NCBI GenBank assembly: GCA_045837725.1
Contig: JBEWZL010000215.1
Span: forward strand, 62,001 to 126,000
DNA from: Vermamoeba vermiformis
Lineage: Eukaryota
Reading direction: 5' to 3'
Length of the DNA: 64,000 bases
The position numbers and the translations under genes were made by a program. The notes below the pieces were generated by a model, which was given only the letters and a program-made list of their open reading frames with translations, was not told the DNA's origin and made no database searches. Below, piece by piece: positions 12,944-25,813 of the stretch. Position 1 is the stretch's first letter; each line of letters opens with the position of its first letter.

Positions 12944-15210
12944 TTAGTTGTCTTTGCCAGCAAAGTCGTAGTCTTCAGGAACTTCGCTGCCATCACCAGA
13001 TCCGATGTAGCCTTCGATAGACGGATCGGTCTCTTGGAAGATGGATTGGAAACGAGAACCGTTGCAAGCTTGATCCAACTTCTTTTGTACGACCATGTCA
13101 TGGAGAGTAGGGAACTCGTCGTTCTCAGGAGCTAAGATGTAAGGACCACCAGGGCTGTGCTTGATGCGCTGGTGCCTAACAGAGCCACTGGTGCTGACGT
13201 ATGAGATCGTGAACCAGCCGGGCACGGAGCTAAATCGAATCAAAAATGTGCCTGGGTTTTGTTTTGTCAACTTTCTAATGGCGTCGTCTGTGTCAGTGTC
13301 GCCGAAGAACCACCTGCAGCCAAACATTAGGTCTACTTAGGGACAACAAGGGCGTTAGATTGGACTTACGGTTCTTGCAAAATCTCACGGATGTTGTCCA
13401 AGATGTTCTTCGACTTGCTGGTCTGAGTGATGGGACCGAACCAGTTCAACATGGCACCAAAGTTCTCGAGGTGCACAACTTCAGCGTGCTCAGCAAGGGC
13501 TTTGGGCCTTTCTGCCAAGAGCGCACGCAAACACTTCAAGTTGAGACAGTTCAAATCGCGGCTGGGTCTGTCAAGCACTTGTGTGTCGTAAGTGGGCACC
13601 TTCAACATCTTGCAAAAGGCTTTGCAGAAGTCTTCCCAAGGCACTTCTTCGCGTGCCAAAAAGTTTTGTTTCCAGAATTGTCTGCCGATAGGATCCTATT
13701 GCGCGTGGTTAGATTTGTGAAATAATTTAAGACTAATTAGCTCTCTTACGTGCACAGTAACATCGACGATAATGTTGTCCAATTGATCAATGATTTCTTT
13801 GAATGAAGGGCGCAATTTAGGATCACCAACCCAACAGCTCTCGATAAGTCGCTTCAAGCTGGGCTCGGTATCACTGGGGATTTCAGGTCGCTCGCCCTTG
13901 ACACAAACTGCGTTTCTGAACACTTCGAAGTTGTTGTGGTGCGGGAAGGGCTCTTTGCGCGTGAGGATTTCCCACAAAACAATGCCGAACGAGTAAACAT
14001 CGGCCTTTTCGTTGAACTCTTTGAATTGCATGACTTCAGGGGCCATCCTGTCAAGTAGGTTAGGCTTGTCTTATTCGTCGCAGCTAGTAACTAGCACTGC
14101 AAAGATATTGCCACCAGAGTATCTACATTTACATACCACAAAGGAGTGCCCTTAGCGCTGTCACGATCTCTCAAGTTCTCGCCCATAGGCTTGATTTGAG
14201 ACAAACCAAAATCGCAAACTGAGTGTTAAAGTCAACGTTAGAACTCGCTTATGAATGTTTCGTAATATCACATTAGTATTCTTTCGACAAATCATTGCCG
14301 GCAAACGCACCTTTAACGCGACCGTGCTCGTCAATCAACAAGTTCGAGCTCTTCAAATCGCGGTGAATGAAAATAGGATTGGAGCAGTGCAGCCAGTTCA
14401 TGCCGAGTGCTGCGTCCTTGGCCATTTTCATGCGCGTGTACAGACCGAGTTTGATATTCTGATCTCGCAACATTTTCTCAACATCACCATGCGGCAAGAA
14501 CTCGGAGACAATAAAGAAGTTGCCAGGAATAGTGCACGCACCCATGAACAAGCAGATGTTCGGGTGGAAAATTGTGCTGAGGAAAAAAACGTCAGTAAAG
14601 CCGTGGATCTAGGTCCCAAAAATTCGGTGACTAAGCCGGGTTAAATTTAAAGGGTATTGAAGTATATTGCATTCTTGACATTATTAAGATGTTTCGGAAT
14701 TTTCTTATAAAATAATGGTACGGAAATGCGCAATTTTCAGGTCTTTGGCGATCCATTCTTTTTTGCACGTTGCATACGCAATTTATAATTATTAAATAAT
14801 TGTTACATAATTATATCTGCTGTTATTTATTGCAGTGTGATCCGCTAATGCGATTATTTTAATATTTAAAAATTATTAAATTTGTTGATAATTACCTCAT
14901 AATGCCAACTTCTTTCTTAAATGCAGCAAGAGCTTTTTCATCAGTAATTGGCTTGTGTAATACTTTAATGGCCACTTCTTTGCCTCTGCATTTGCCTCTG
15001 TAGACTTTACCAAACGAACCAGTACCGATTACTTCGAGAGTATCGATTTCATATGGGTGGATTTCTGGAGGTCCAAATCGCTCTGAAGGTTCCGCTGCCT
15101 TCGCTGGTGTCTAATATTACGCGCAGATTAGTAACCGTAGATTAAATCCTCGGTTTGCAACAGCATTCTTGCTCGTTACGAATACGCACCTTGGAGCCGT
15201 GCACTGACAT
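12944..15210 (-). CDS. shk: SH2-domain-containing tyrosine-kinase-like kinase (Dictyostelium SHK family); multi-exon
   Basis: [48 protein letters not shown], then C-terminal SH2 WFFGD...GTFLIRFSS. Confidence 0.9.
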
Positions 15211-15493
15211 TGTGGCTTTCAACACAAAAAAAATGAATTATAAGAACAAGAACGGTGCAGACAACAAAAACGGTTATTGTGAGATCTCGTGCACCAAAAA
15301 CCACAAACGCTAACAACACCCGGCTTTGACGTCCAGAAGAAAGAGAATATCTTATGGACTGAATAAATGAGTTCAATAGTTATGTTACAACTCAAGTGAA
15401 GTTCAAGCCGAAAATCAACCCACAAAGCTGAGCTCAAGCACCAAGACTATGAACACTGTAATGATATAAGAATAGAAGTATTTATCCGCGGAT

Positions 15494-18179
15494 CTACAAC
15501 TTTGCAAACAAATTCTGGGTGCAGATCTTTTCGTAGACCTCTTTCGTTAGTGGCACAAAGCGCTTGTTAGCATCATCTCGTACGAACAATGGATCCTAAA
15601 CATGCACGTTAGTCTTATCGCCGAGTAGTACTATTTACAACATACAGAGACGAGAGCAGGATTGAATCCGTCGCGCATCATGTTCGTCTTCTTGTGTTTG
15701 AACGTGGATGTAGTTTCAACTTCTTGACCAAAGCGTACGAATATAGGAGCAGCATAGCTTGGCAACTCCTTAGCGACACTACAAAACAAGCATTAATAAA
15801 GCAGATCTAGCCGTTGATCAAACCACACTCTTACCGCTGCTGATAAGTGTCCCAATTGAAGGTGGTCGGCTCAGTGACTAAGTACGCCATGCCTGCACGA
15901 CCCTCGCAGTGCGGTACTTGCACACCGTACACAGTGGCCTCGCGCACACCAGGGATGGTGTTCAACACTTGCTCCACTTCACTCGTCGAGACATTCTCGC
16001 CCTTCCATCTGAACGTGTCGCCAATGCGGTCGTGGAAGTAGTAGAAGCCACGCTACAGATGAGGGGTGAGTTAGAGTCGCATATATCTCTGCATCAAGTC
16101 ACTGCACGTACCTTGCTCAAGCGCACGAGGTCACCAGTTCTGAAGTACGTGTCGCCCTTCTTCAACACATTGCTGATCACTTTCTTCTGCGAGGCTGCGG
16201 GATCTGTGTAGCCTCCAAAGTCACGTGTGATTTCACCGGGATTGATCAGCGCCAACAACTCTCCGGGCTATCACTAGGTGTCAGTACACGCACAATGATC
16301 ACAACACATCTGCACGTACCTCGTCGTAGTTGCATTTAATAGCAAAGCCCTTGGAGTCACGCACAATCTCGTCCTTGTCCACGTCGTACTTGACAATGGT
16401 GTAGGGTGACAGCATGCGCACCATAGGCGGCACGTACCCAACTGCACCTGTTTCGCCGAGGGTGTTCCACAGCGCGACATTGCCTTCAGTCGAGGCGTAG
16501 AACTCACCTAAGAATGATTAGTGCACTGCATCAATTACATGCGTGTGCTGCGTACCAATGCGAGGCACGTTGAATCGAGCAGAGAATGGCTCCCACACTT
16601 CAGGTCGCATGCCATTGCCCACCATCAGCTTCAATCTACATGCATGGCGTTAGTATCGCATCATGTGGGACAATCAACTACGCACTTGTGGGTCTTGTCA
16701 CTGGGCCTCTCAGGTTGTGCCAGCAAATATCTGCACAGCTCACCGATGTACACACCAATGCTCGCGTCGTGTTTCTGACAGTCCTCGAAGTACTTTGAGG
16801 CAGAGAACTTCTTGCGGAAGATCACGCAGCCAGTGTTACGCCTGTACGGATGTTAACACGCGAAAATAGAGGGCATGGCACATACCAAGCACTGCCGAGA
16901 CCGATCAACAGACCTGACGAGTGGTACAATGGCAAAGGCATGTAGAATCGTTCATTGTCCTCGTACTACGATCAGATTAGCCGCATGTCAAGATCACATT
17001 GCAGTCCTACCGAGAACACTTGCGAGAAGGCTTCACCAGCGATGAACAGACGAATGTGTTTCACCACTGAAGCTTTAGGCAGACCAGTAGTGCCACTCGT
17101 GTAGATGTAGCACAGCGTGTCTTTCACACTGCGCCCGGCGTGATAAGCTTGATAGGGCAAGTGTCGCGATTGGTGGATGAGGATGGGCTCGAGGGAAATG
17201 TAGCCCTTAGCTGAGCCACCGTACGTGTACCAGTCACCCTGGCAATATGGTGAGTATTGGTGCACGAGTGACAGTGAGCAGCTACTGTACCTTCAAGTTG
17301 TCAGCGCCAGGGAATTGTTTCATTTCATTGACGGCGTCAATAAAGTCAGCACCTGTCGGGTCATTAGCAGTTGTCCATTGTTCATATATATACTACCGTA
17401 CCAATGATGAATCGCGAGGGGTTGCACACGGAGAATGAATGCAGCAGTGGATGCCCTTTGAGGTGCGAGTTGATCATCGACAATGTGACACCAATCTTCA
17501 TGCAGGCCACGAATGTGAAGATAACTTCCGGCTTGTTGTCCATCATCAGTGCCACCACGTCACCGCGCTTCAGTCCGCTGTTGATGGCCCAGTTGGCAAC
17601 TACCTCGATGGGTCAGATCTGGTCGTTACAATTGCGATTTACGTACTTTGATTTGAGAACTCATCGACCTGTGCATATGTATAGCTTTGCGTAGTATCGT
17701 CATCGTTGATAAAGCGAATTGCTTCGCGGTTGGGAGCACTACAGATGTGACCGTTAGTAAAAGTAGCTACTTGGAGAAATTACATATTTCTAATATCTGA
17801 GTATCTATATTGTATCAAATACATGATCTATATTCGCCCTGCAGACTCGTTGGGAGAAGTAACTGACTGAAACTCAGGGATCAGATCACAAAAATACGTA
17901 CTGCTTGAGAGCTTCTCTGAAAAAGTCTGCGCCCGACAATTCTTTATTTTGTAAGCCTTCTAGCCATCGTCTCGTCTTGCCTGCTCGATATATGAAACGA
18001 AGATCGCGAACCACATCTGAAAAAGCTGATCAACAAACAATAATAGCTTAAATAATATTTATATTGGTACCCTCGGAGTTAGCTTTCACCCATATCGATA
18101 GACCTCCAACAAATGCACCAACAGTACCCAAAGCAACGTTGCGAGCTGTTAATTTACTTTTCGGCACGGGATTCGCCAT
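15494..18179 (-). CDS. Fatty acid transport protein / very-long-chain acyl-CoA synthetase (FATP/SLC27 family) ending in PTS1-like AKL; multi-exon
   Basis: [15 protein letters not shown]-binding motif, [12 protein letters not shown] signature [29 protein letters not shown]. Last exon ends NLFAKL-stop. Confidence 0.92.
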
Positions 18180-19282
18180 CACACCTACACCCTGAATTAA
18201 TACTAATTTATAGACGCTATTGTTAAGCCCTATAACTCGAAGTATTGAATATGATCACATTTCAATTATTTAGGCGAGCATCAAGAAGTAGCTACAACTG
18301 TCTCCATACCAATTCGTTACCAGCCGGTGGCTATATATTTTGTTGGTGATTGTATTAAATCTTTAAAATGATTCGGTCGTTTGAAAAAATGTTGACTTAA
18401 TGTTCAGCGGCCCGCGCTTCCAGTTTCGCTCACTAAACGCGTTAAGAATAGCACAATTACGGTTATATCTTTTTGCAATCGTGCACTAGTTTCTAGCAAA
18501 CTTAAAAGACTCATTAATGAAGCGCACTTAATACGAAATAAAGGCTGCTTGGAGTATTTAAATAGCTGCATACTTACTTTTAGAATATTTATCATTTTAA
18601 AATAGGTTAAAGATTAAATAATTAATTTGCAATCGCCTCTGCAATCTCAATTACAACCTATACTCTATATAGCAGAAGTATTTTTTGGCACGGTGTTCCA
18701 AATGATGAAACTCATCCTCGCTTCTCGCACAAGCGATTCAAACAATCAATCGGCCTCGTTACAATATTAAATTGGTACTAAATATGCATATGTGTTAGCA
18801 CCTCTATTCGTTCTTCAGCTGTACAAAGCAAAGATAGGAAGACAGCAACCACGAATTTACAACAACTTGGTTATAATGGAACATGGTGGAGATTTAAATG
18901 TACATTTACAACCCTGTACCGTATACTAGAGTATACCAGATAATAGAACGGAATATTTCACACAGGATCTAGCTACTGGTCGGATCCAACCTTATATCCG
19001 CTACACCAAATCATCTCCAATGGTAATTCCTTTGATGTCTTATGATCTTTCAATTTGATCGCGCGGATTTCAAATTGTCGTCCTTCGTTCAGCGGAATTT
19101 CACTGAAAATGAAGCCAACTTTCTGCAAATATCAAAAAATTGGGCACTTTAGACAGAATTTCTTTTCTTTTTGAATGTGAAGCAAAATCAGCGGACTGGG
19201 TCTGTCGGTTTTATTATTTTTTCATTCGTCAGCGCATTATTAGTTATTTTTAAACCAAGACAACACATCTCAAGAGCGACAG

Positions 19283-21114
19283 ATGTCCTCCTCGTTATTA
19301 TTAAGTTCTCCTGCTGAAATACAGTTCGCTATCATGGAGCGATGTAAAGGAGAGGATTTATTCAATGCTATATCAGCTTGCTCGCATTTAAAGGTAATTA
19401 TTATTCTTTATTCTGGATCCAAGCAACCGATCGCAATTCTTAAAGACTTCTAACAGGTGATAATAGCTACTAATAATATTTTATAGAAAGTATGTAATCA
19501 AGATCGACTGTGGAAGTTGATTTGCAAACGCGAATTTGGGCTGACTTCAGATCAAGTTCGAAAACCACACCACGACAATATATGCTGGAAATGCTATTAT
19601 CAAGAACGCAAGGTGTTAGAAAATAAGGGTAAGACGTCTATCTCATGGATAGTCGCGTCGGACAAGCAATTAAAACGAAGAGATGATATTTCTCGATTTA
19701 TTTTTAAATTCTATTTTATTCAAACTCACGTATTCTTGACTAGATGCAATCAAGTGGCACTCATTGTCTGAGACCGACAGCAGAAGAGAACCCAAGCCCC
19801 GTTACGCACACTCGGCGACAGCAGCGAATGGACAGGTAACTCTCGTTATACGCCGATTAGCTTGCGGAAATTTGGCTCACATCTCTTAACTTTGCAGATA
19901 TTTGTCATCGGAGGAGAAATTCGCAGTGAAACGCGCTACAATGATATTCACGTCTTCGATCCAGGTTCGTAATTTGCAATCCAACTAATTTTGCTAAATA
20001 TGGAAATATCCTGTCGATTGATTTTAACACTCTAACTATAGCTACGATGACATTCTCCAAAGCTCTCAATCACGTTATTCCTCAACCTCTCAGTCGTCAT
20101 CAAAGTTGTGCTGTCGGCAACAAAATTTACGTGTTCGGTGGATTTGACGGTGTGAGCCGATTCAACGAAATGTCTGTGTTCAATGTTGGTGAGTATACTC
20201 GTCAGGCCATAAAGCAATCATCTAATCTTGCTTACTAGCCATGAACTGGTGGTACAGAGTTGAAACACGCGGCGATGTACCAGCACCCAGATCTAACCAC
20301 GCTTGTGCTGTCGTTGGCTCGAACATGTACGTGCTTCGATCACTGTACTATCCATTGTACTGACATGTCGTTAGCTATCTATTTGGTGGCAACAACACCT
20401 CACCAGAAGGCCGTTATCGTGTGCTCGATGACTTTTACTGCTTTGACACCACGACACTCACCTGGAAGTGTTTGACAGCCAACAAATGCGGTGACTTTCC
20501 CTCGAGCCGATCAGGACACGCACTAGTTCCATTCGGCAACAAACTGCTGCTGTTTGGCGGCGGTGTCTGGGACGATGGCTCAGCACAGTGGGTGCACAAG
20601 TACAATCACGTCTATCTCTACGACACGGTGCACGGTGACTGGCAACGCGCGGACACACGCGGCGATGTGACTGTCTGCACCTTCCCGAGCACTGCGCGTC
20701 TGGGTCACTATCACTTACTCGTGTTTGGCGGTCAGTCCACGAAGAACAACTGGACCACCAATGAACTGTTCGTGCTCGATACTGGTACGTTGTGGTGCTA
20801 CTCGAGACCTATATTCAGCAGTACTAATATAACATGGTGCAGTGAGCATGACTTGGAAGGACTTCAATCGCGATGATCGACCATTGTGCCGTGACATGGC
20901 CACGCTGTCATTCTTCAGATCACGTGTCAATCCAATGGCAGACAAGCACAGCCCTGACAGATTCTTTGACGAGCCTCGTCCGTATTACATTTTGTTTGGT
21001 GGCAATCACGGAGGACCAGTCAATGACAGCCTGTTGCTCGTGGTGGACAAACGCATTTCAGATCCGACTGATGTGCAGCCTACTGTGCATAATTGTGCAA
21101 CATCAGTCATGTAA
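19283..21114 (+). CDS. F-box + Kelch-repeat protein; multi-exon
   Basis: N-terminal LLSSPAEIQFAIMER...LWKLICKREF. Kelch repeats PRYAHSA..IFVIGG, LSRHQSCAVGNKIYVFGG, RSGHALVPFGNKLLLFGG. Confidence 0.85.
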
Positions 21115-21224
21115 ATAGCAACACTATTGTAAATAGCTGTAATTAATTGTAAATAGTAGCAGTAAAATAAGCTGCGCGGATTAACCACAATTTACTCGAC
21201 CACTACATTACGAGTGTCTGACAG

Positions 21225-22352
21225 CTAATTCTTCTTGTGCACGAATTCGAGCAATGATTGAGGTCGCGAGTGCGCTGCAGAGCTGTCGCAGTGGAAGTGA
21301 GCTGCAAACAATTAATTCACTGAACGGACTCCCTGTTGCAATCACTTACTAGCATCGCAAGCACCAGTGCACGACGAAGGCAAGTCAAAGACATGCGAGT
21401 CAGGCTTCTGCACCAGGACGTCGATCCACTGCATGTCGGTGCCCCAACCTCGCTCAGCCACGGGCACTGAAAGAGCAGCGTTAACACAGTGCCGAGCGAT
21501 ATCTGAGTGTCTTACACTTGTGCTTGTAGCCTTGGTAGTACACGTGCGCACCTTCAGCTTCAAAGTTCCACAGCGTGCTCAGGACATTGGTGAGCGGGTA
21601 CACATCGCGCTGTGACACGTGTCAATGGGAGTGTTGTGTCGCGGCATCAGATGGAGTACTTACACCGGCATATGTAGCATTGAGCTTGACGAGCCAATTG
21701 GGCTGTGTGATCGGAATGCCAGTCCAGCACAAGCAACACTGACCCGCGCTGGGGATGTTGAAGTAGATCTGTTCACGCGGTTAGTCGTGCAGTATTGCAG
21801 CTATTAGCATGGCACGTACGTTGTTGTTCCTAAAAATAGCGCTGCAATTGACACCTTTGGGCAACTTCTCGCACTGAATGTCATTGTCTTGTCTGTGAAT
21901 GTTACTTAGAAACTTCCGTAACTGCCAGGCCAGATCTGACTCACCTCAACATTTGGGCCGAGGCATCATAGTACCACGCTCCTGTATTGAGTAGTGCACC
22001 GGAATTGCTATCGACATAATTCCAAGTAGCGCTCCAGTGGTGAGGCCAGTGAGGCGGATGCACCTTAATAACAGGTCAATATGATAGTCATGCATTTGAT
22101 ATATTAAAACACATGCGTATATATGCTATTTTAGAGATAAGTGAAACCTTTTGTTATTAAATAAACGACAAAATTATTATCATTAAAAATAAAAGATACT
22201 TTTATAATCATAAAGCAGTATTCACATTAATAGCCATGATCGTATCAATATTGTCTCGGTTAGTTATATGCCGATACTTCTAATATAAACATCCAATTAC
22301 TTACAGCGATTGCAGAAGCAACGAAAATAGCGAAGATTACAAGAGCCTTCAT
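21225..22352 (-). CDS. Small secreted ependymin-related (EPDR/LolA-fold-like) protein; multi-exon
   Basis: Signal peptide MKALVIFAIFVASAIA|VHPPHWPHHWSATW...GAWYYDASAQMLRQD...IYFNIPSAGQCC...VFDLPSSC. The motif pattern resembles EPDR-like proteins; assigned by eye only. Confidence 0.6.
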
Positions 22353-22531
22353 ATGCATTACGGCAATTATTGTTATTATAATACAATGATAGTATTACAA
22401 TGAGGTATTGAATGTGAACTGATAGGAACAAAGTTGTTCACGAAACAAAACTGGTTTGTTGCAACAAAGAGAAATTAATTCGAACACAATTAGCCCGCTC
22501 GATTGTAATTAGTATGTGCTGTGTATACTAA

Positions 22532-24632
22532 ATGGCGGAGCATCAACAGGAGGCGCAGTTCTCGTGGAATCCAACATTGGATGGCATGCCAGAAGAACTT
22601 ATCATTTCTGTGTTCTATTATTGCCCTACAATAGAACTCATACGATTATCAATGACCAGTAAAAAATTCTTTCGACTCGTTAAATCGCCAAGGCTCGATC
22701 TGGTACGTTTTCTGAGGATCTGACGGAAAAATTGAAAAAAAATTATTTAATTATTACCTGTTTAGGCAAATGACCTATATGACCTAGCTGTGGATGAGAC
22801 AAATCGGCTAGACTCGGTTGCATCAATGGTAAAATTACCTAATTGAAGATCTGCAATTAATTTGTCATCGTTCAATTTGCTGATTGTAAATTCATAGAAA
22901 ATACTCAATACACTGCTGTATATATTTCCAAATTATTACAAAGGCTGGAGAAAGCGAAATGACTGTTGGCTACAATTAAATGAACCACTGCTAGCACTCG
23001 AGGATCTGATCAAAGCAAATAAGGTATGGTCGAATATTTGTTGATTAATCCTTTTATGTGCTCGATTTAGAGCATATTTAACTGATGCTGATACAGGTGT
23101 GCGACGATCCGGTGTACTCAAAGATGATCCAGTCGGAGTTTCATTCCTTGCAAAAAGAATACGACAAAGTGCTGCAGGTGATTGAAGAGGCTTATGCACT
23201 GGCCCCCGAGGACCCTGTAGTGTTGCATCATAGAGGTACGTCTAGTCTCATATATAAGCCTCGCAGTGCTCATCAAAGTGCAGCGTACGCGTACGGTCTC
23301 GTGGTCCCTGACGGCGAAGAACAAGCCAAAGCACACGAGAAAGAGATTGAACTCTACAAAGAGATCTTGGACATGCCGTACAAGGTACGAACAGAGCTCT
23401 AATTGCTGTGAGTATGCGGGACTAATGAGGACCACTAGCGCCAATTGATGATTCATAACAACTTGGCCTATTGTTATTTCCAAATCGAGTAAGTACTGCT
23501 AAGCTAATGACAAATGCTGCAGCTAAATTACCAAATATAGACAAGACGATCTCGCATTCGAACACTATGACAAGGCTATTGCACTCTGTCCGCACTTTGT
23601 CAAAGCGTACATTAACAAAGCCACCTTGCACTTTGAGCGCAGTGAATTCGAAGAGGTACACGTGTATACTTTGCGTGAATTTTATCGACTGACACGTGAG
23701 CCAGGTGTTGAAGGACTGCGACACAATACTGAGCATCAATCCGAACTTTTCTGAGGCGTACGGCTGGAAGGCGAGGTAACGTTCTAATATAACGACTATT
23801 ACCTAATTAGGCAATACCACCCCTAACTGCATCGATCAGTGCTCATTTGGGCTTAGATAATATCCCTGAAGCCCTCAAATTCATGACAGTTGCTCATGCG
23901 CGCACGATGCACGACCCATTCTTCGCGTTCTTGTACTACACACTCATGATCAAGCTCGGACACATTGAAAAAGTGCTCGCAGACATCGAACAGGAGAGGA
24001 AACTTTACATTGACGAGATGAACAAACTGATCGCACAGCTAGCAGAGCTCAAACAGCGACCAGATGACGACGGGTACAATCATTTGCGCATCATGGCGGT
24101 GCAGCGCAAAAAGAACACGTATCGCAAATTAGTGCGGATCTGTCACCAGAAGCGCGGTGAAGTGTTTCTGTTCGACGGACAGTTCGAAGAAGCACGTGCT
24201 GAATTGCAAGAACTCAAAGAGATCTACCGCGTCGGTGACTTGGACAATGGCAGTGGTGCTGAACCTTCAACGACCAAGCGACTGTTATTGATGGATCTGC
24301 TGCTGAACAAAGTGATTGGCGAGGACAGCAGTGTCATTCGTCCTGCAGCCATCGAGCTCAGTCGCAAGCTGCTACACATGTCCATGCCCCTCGATGCTGA
24401 CGCACAAGAGTTCTTGAACAATGTGCTCGCCAAATTGCCCCACGTGGACTTCAGCAAAGTGGAGCTCAAGTACCTCGTGCTCGCATTCGACTACAAGAGT
24501 CGCTACATTGATCCGTTCTTCCCGACAGAGTTCACCTATGCCACTGAAGACATACACTACTTCAACACGTTTTGGGAGCCCTGGCCCGCGTCAAATACAC
24601 TGCAAGAGCTCATGTACAGCTATCGCTACTAG
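22532..24632 (+). CDS. F-box + TPR-repeat protein; multi-exon
   Basis: LDGMPEELIISVFYYCPTIELIRLSMTSKKF (F-box). TPR-like segments EEAYALAPEDPVVLHHR, YDKAIALCPHFVKAYINKA, DCDTILSINPNFSEAYGWKA. Confidence 0.8.
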
Positions 24633-24676
24633 TCGTCATTAAATCACTGGTTTGGACCATTCTGATCACAGAGGTA

Positions 24677-25623
24677 TTAATGCAGCAGTTTATTAAGGAC
24701 TGTTATGCGCCGCTCTAGTCGATCGAGCAATGCTTTGCAGTCGTCTATTGCAGCACTCTTCAGCTTGACTTTGTCGTTGTTCACCTTCTGCGTGATTCGT
24801 GGTCAGTAATTGTTTGTGCGATGAATGGTACTTACTGCCGTCAGCTGGCTCTTGTATAACTGATCTGCGGTCTCATTGCACTCACGCAGCAGATCTGCAA
24901 GGCGTCAGCGAAGTAAATTCCAATCTATTACTCACCTGCACTAATCGCACTGTCCGATGTTGTAGTGCTGATCATCTGTTGCACTGCTGTTGGATGCCAG
25001 CCATAGTTCGAGGCATTGGGCTGATGACTGGCCGTGTTAGTTCCGTAAGTGTGACGAGTACATCTTACGCATTCTCTCGCGCCTGCTGCATCCGTTCTTT
25101 AATTTGCTCCATTTTTCGTTGAAGTTTTCGCACTGAAGCATCGCTGCTCTTTGCTTTGTTAGCGAAAAATTTATACTGGATTTCTCGAATCTGTTTTCTT
25201 CTTGTGTGGTGGGATACACTCGCCTTTAGGCGCTCTCTCAATCTAACAAATAGTGTTAACTAGGTTAATGAGCGAGTGCGTACCTTAACAGATAAATGCG
25301 GCGCCAAGAAAGAGTGGTCAAAGTTAGATCGTATTCCACGCCTTCAATGTCAAGCCACTTATTATTGTCATTAATAATGCTAATATTAAGCTCGCGTAAC
25401 ATCAAGCTCCGCCACACGATATTAGACGTTATAATGAGCCCTTGCCATAGTTTGCAAACAGATGCGCAATGACATAGCACGACTGCTCCATCAACGCGAG
25501 AAAATATTTCTATAATAATCTGCAATATAATTAGCACTGGAATTTCCTACTACTTGTTGTTTGCACTGATCGCAGTAAAGGAAATGTTCGAGTCGTACTT
25601 GCCTCCTCCGGCAATGAATTCAT
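24677..25623 (-). CDS. F-box protein with coiled-coil C-terminus; first intron probably GC-AG
   Basis: MNSLPEE|IIIEIFSRVDGAVVLCHCASVCKLWQGLIITSNIVWR. Downstream exons splice in frame to TAA at 24677. Confidence 0.75.
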
Positions 25624-25813
25624 CTTACTGACGAGGTACGCAGCTGTATGACATATCACAGGAGACTAAACAAGTGAACCAGTCAAATCTTTGCGGTGAC
25701 AATCAGTGATTTTTTTGTGGCCGTTTTTTTGGTTGTGTCGCATGAATTAAAAAACCGAATTGCAATTTGATTAATACTCTTTATATCTCTTATATACCAC
25801 ATCAGACAGACCA

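Noticed and set aside
18568-18760. ATACTTAC (U1-like start) and TGATGA (C-box-like) motifs
   Set aside because: No U1 stem-loops follow and no D box lies at a suitable distance; CTTAC is also the antisense of the splice donor.
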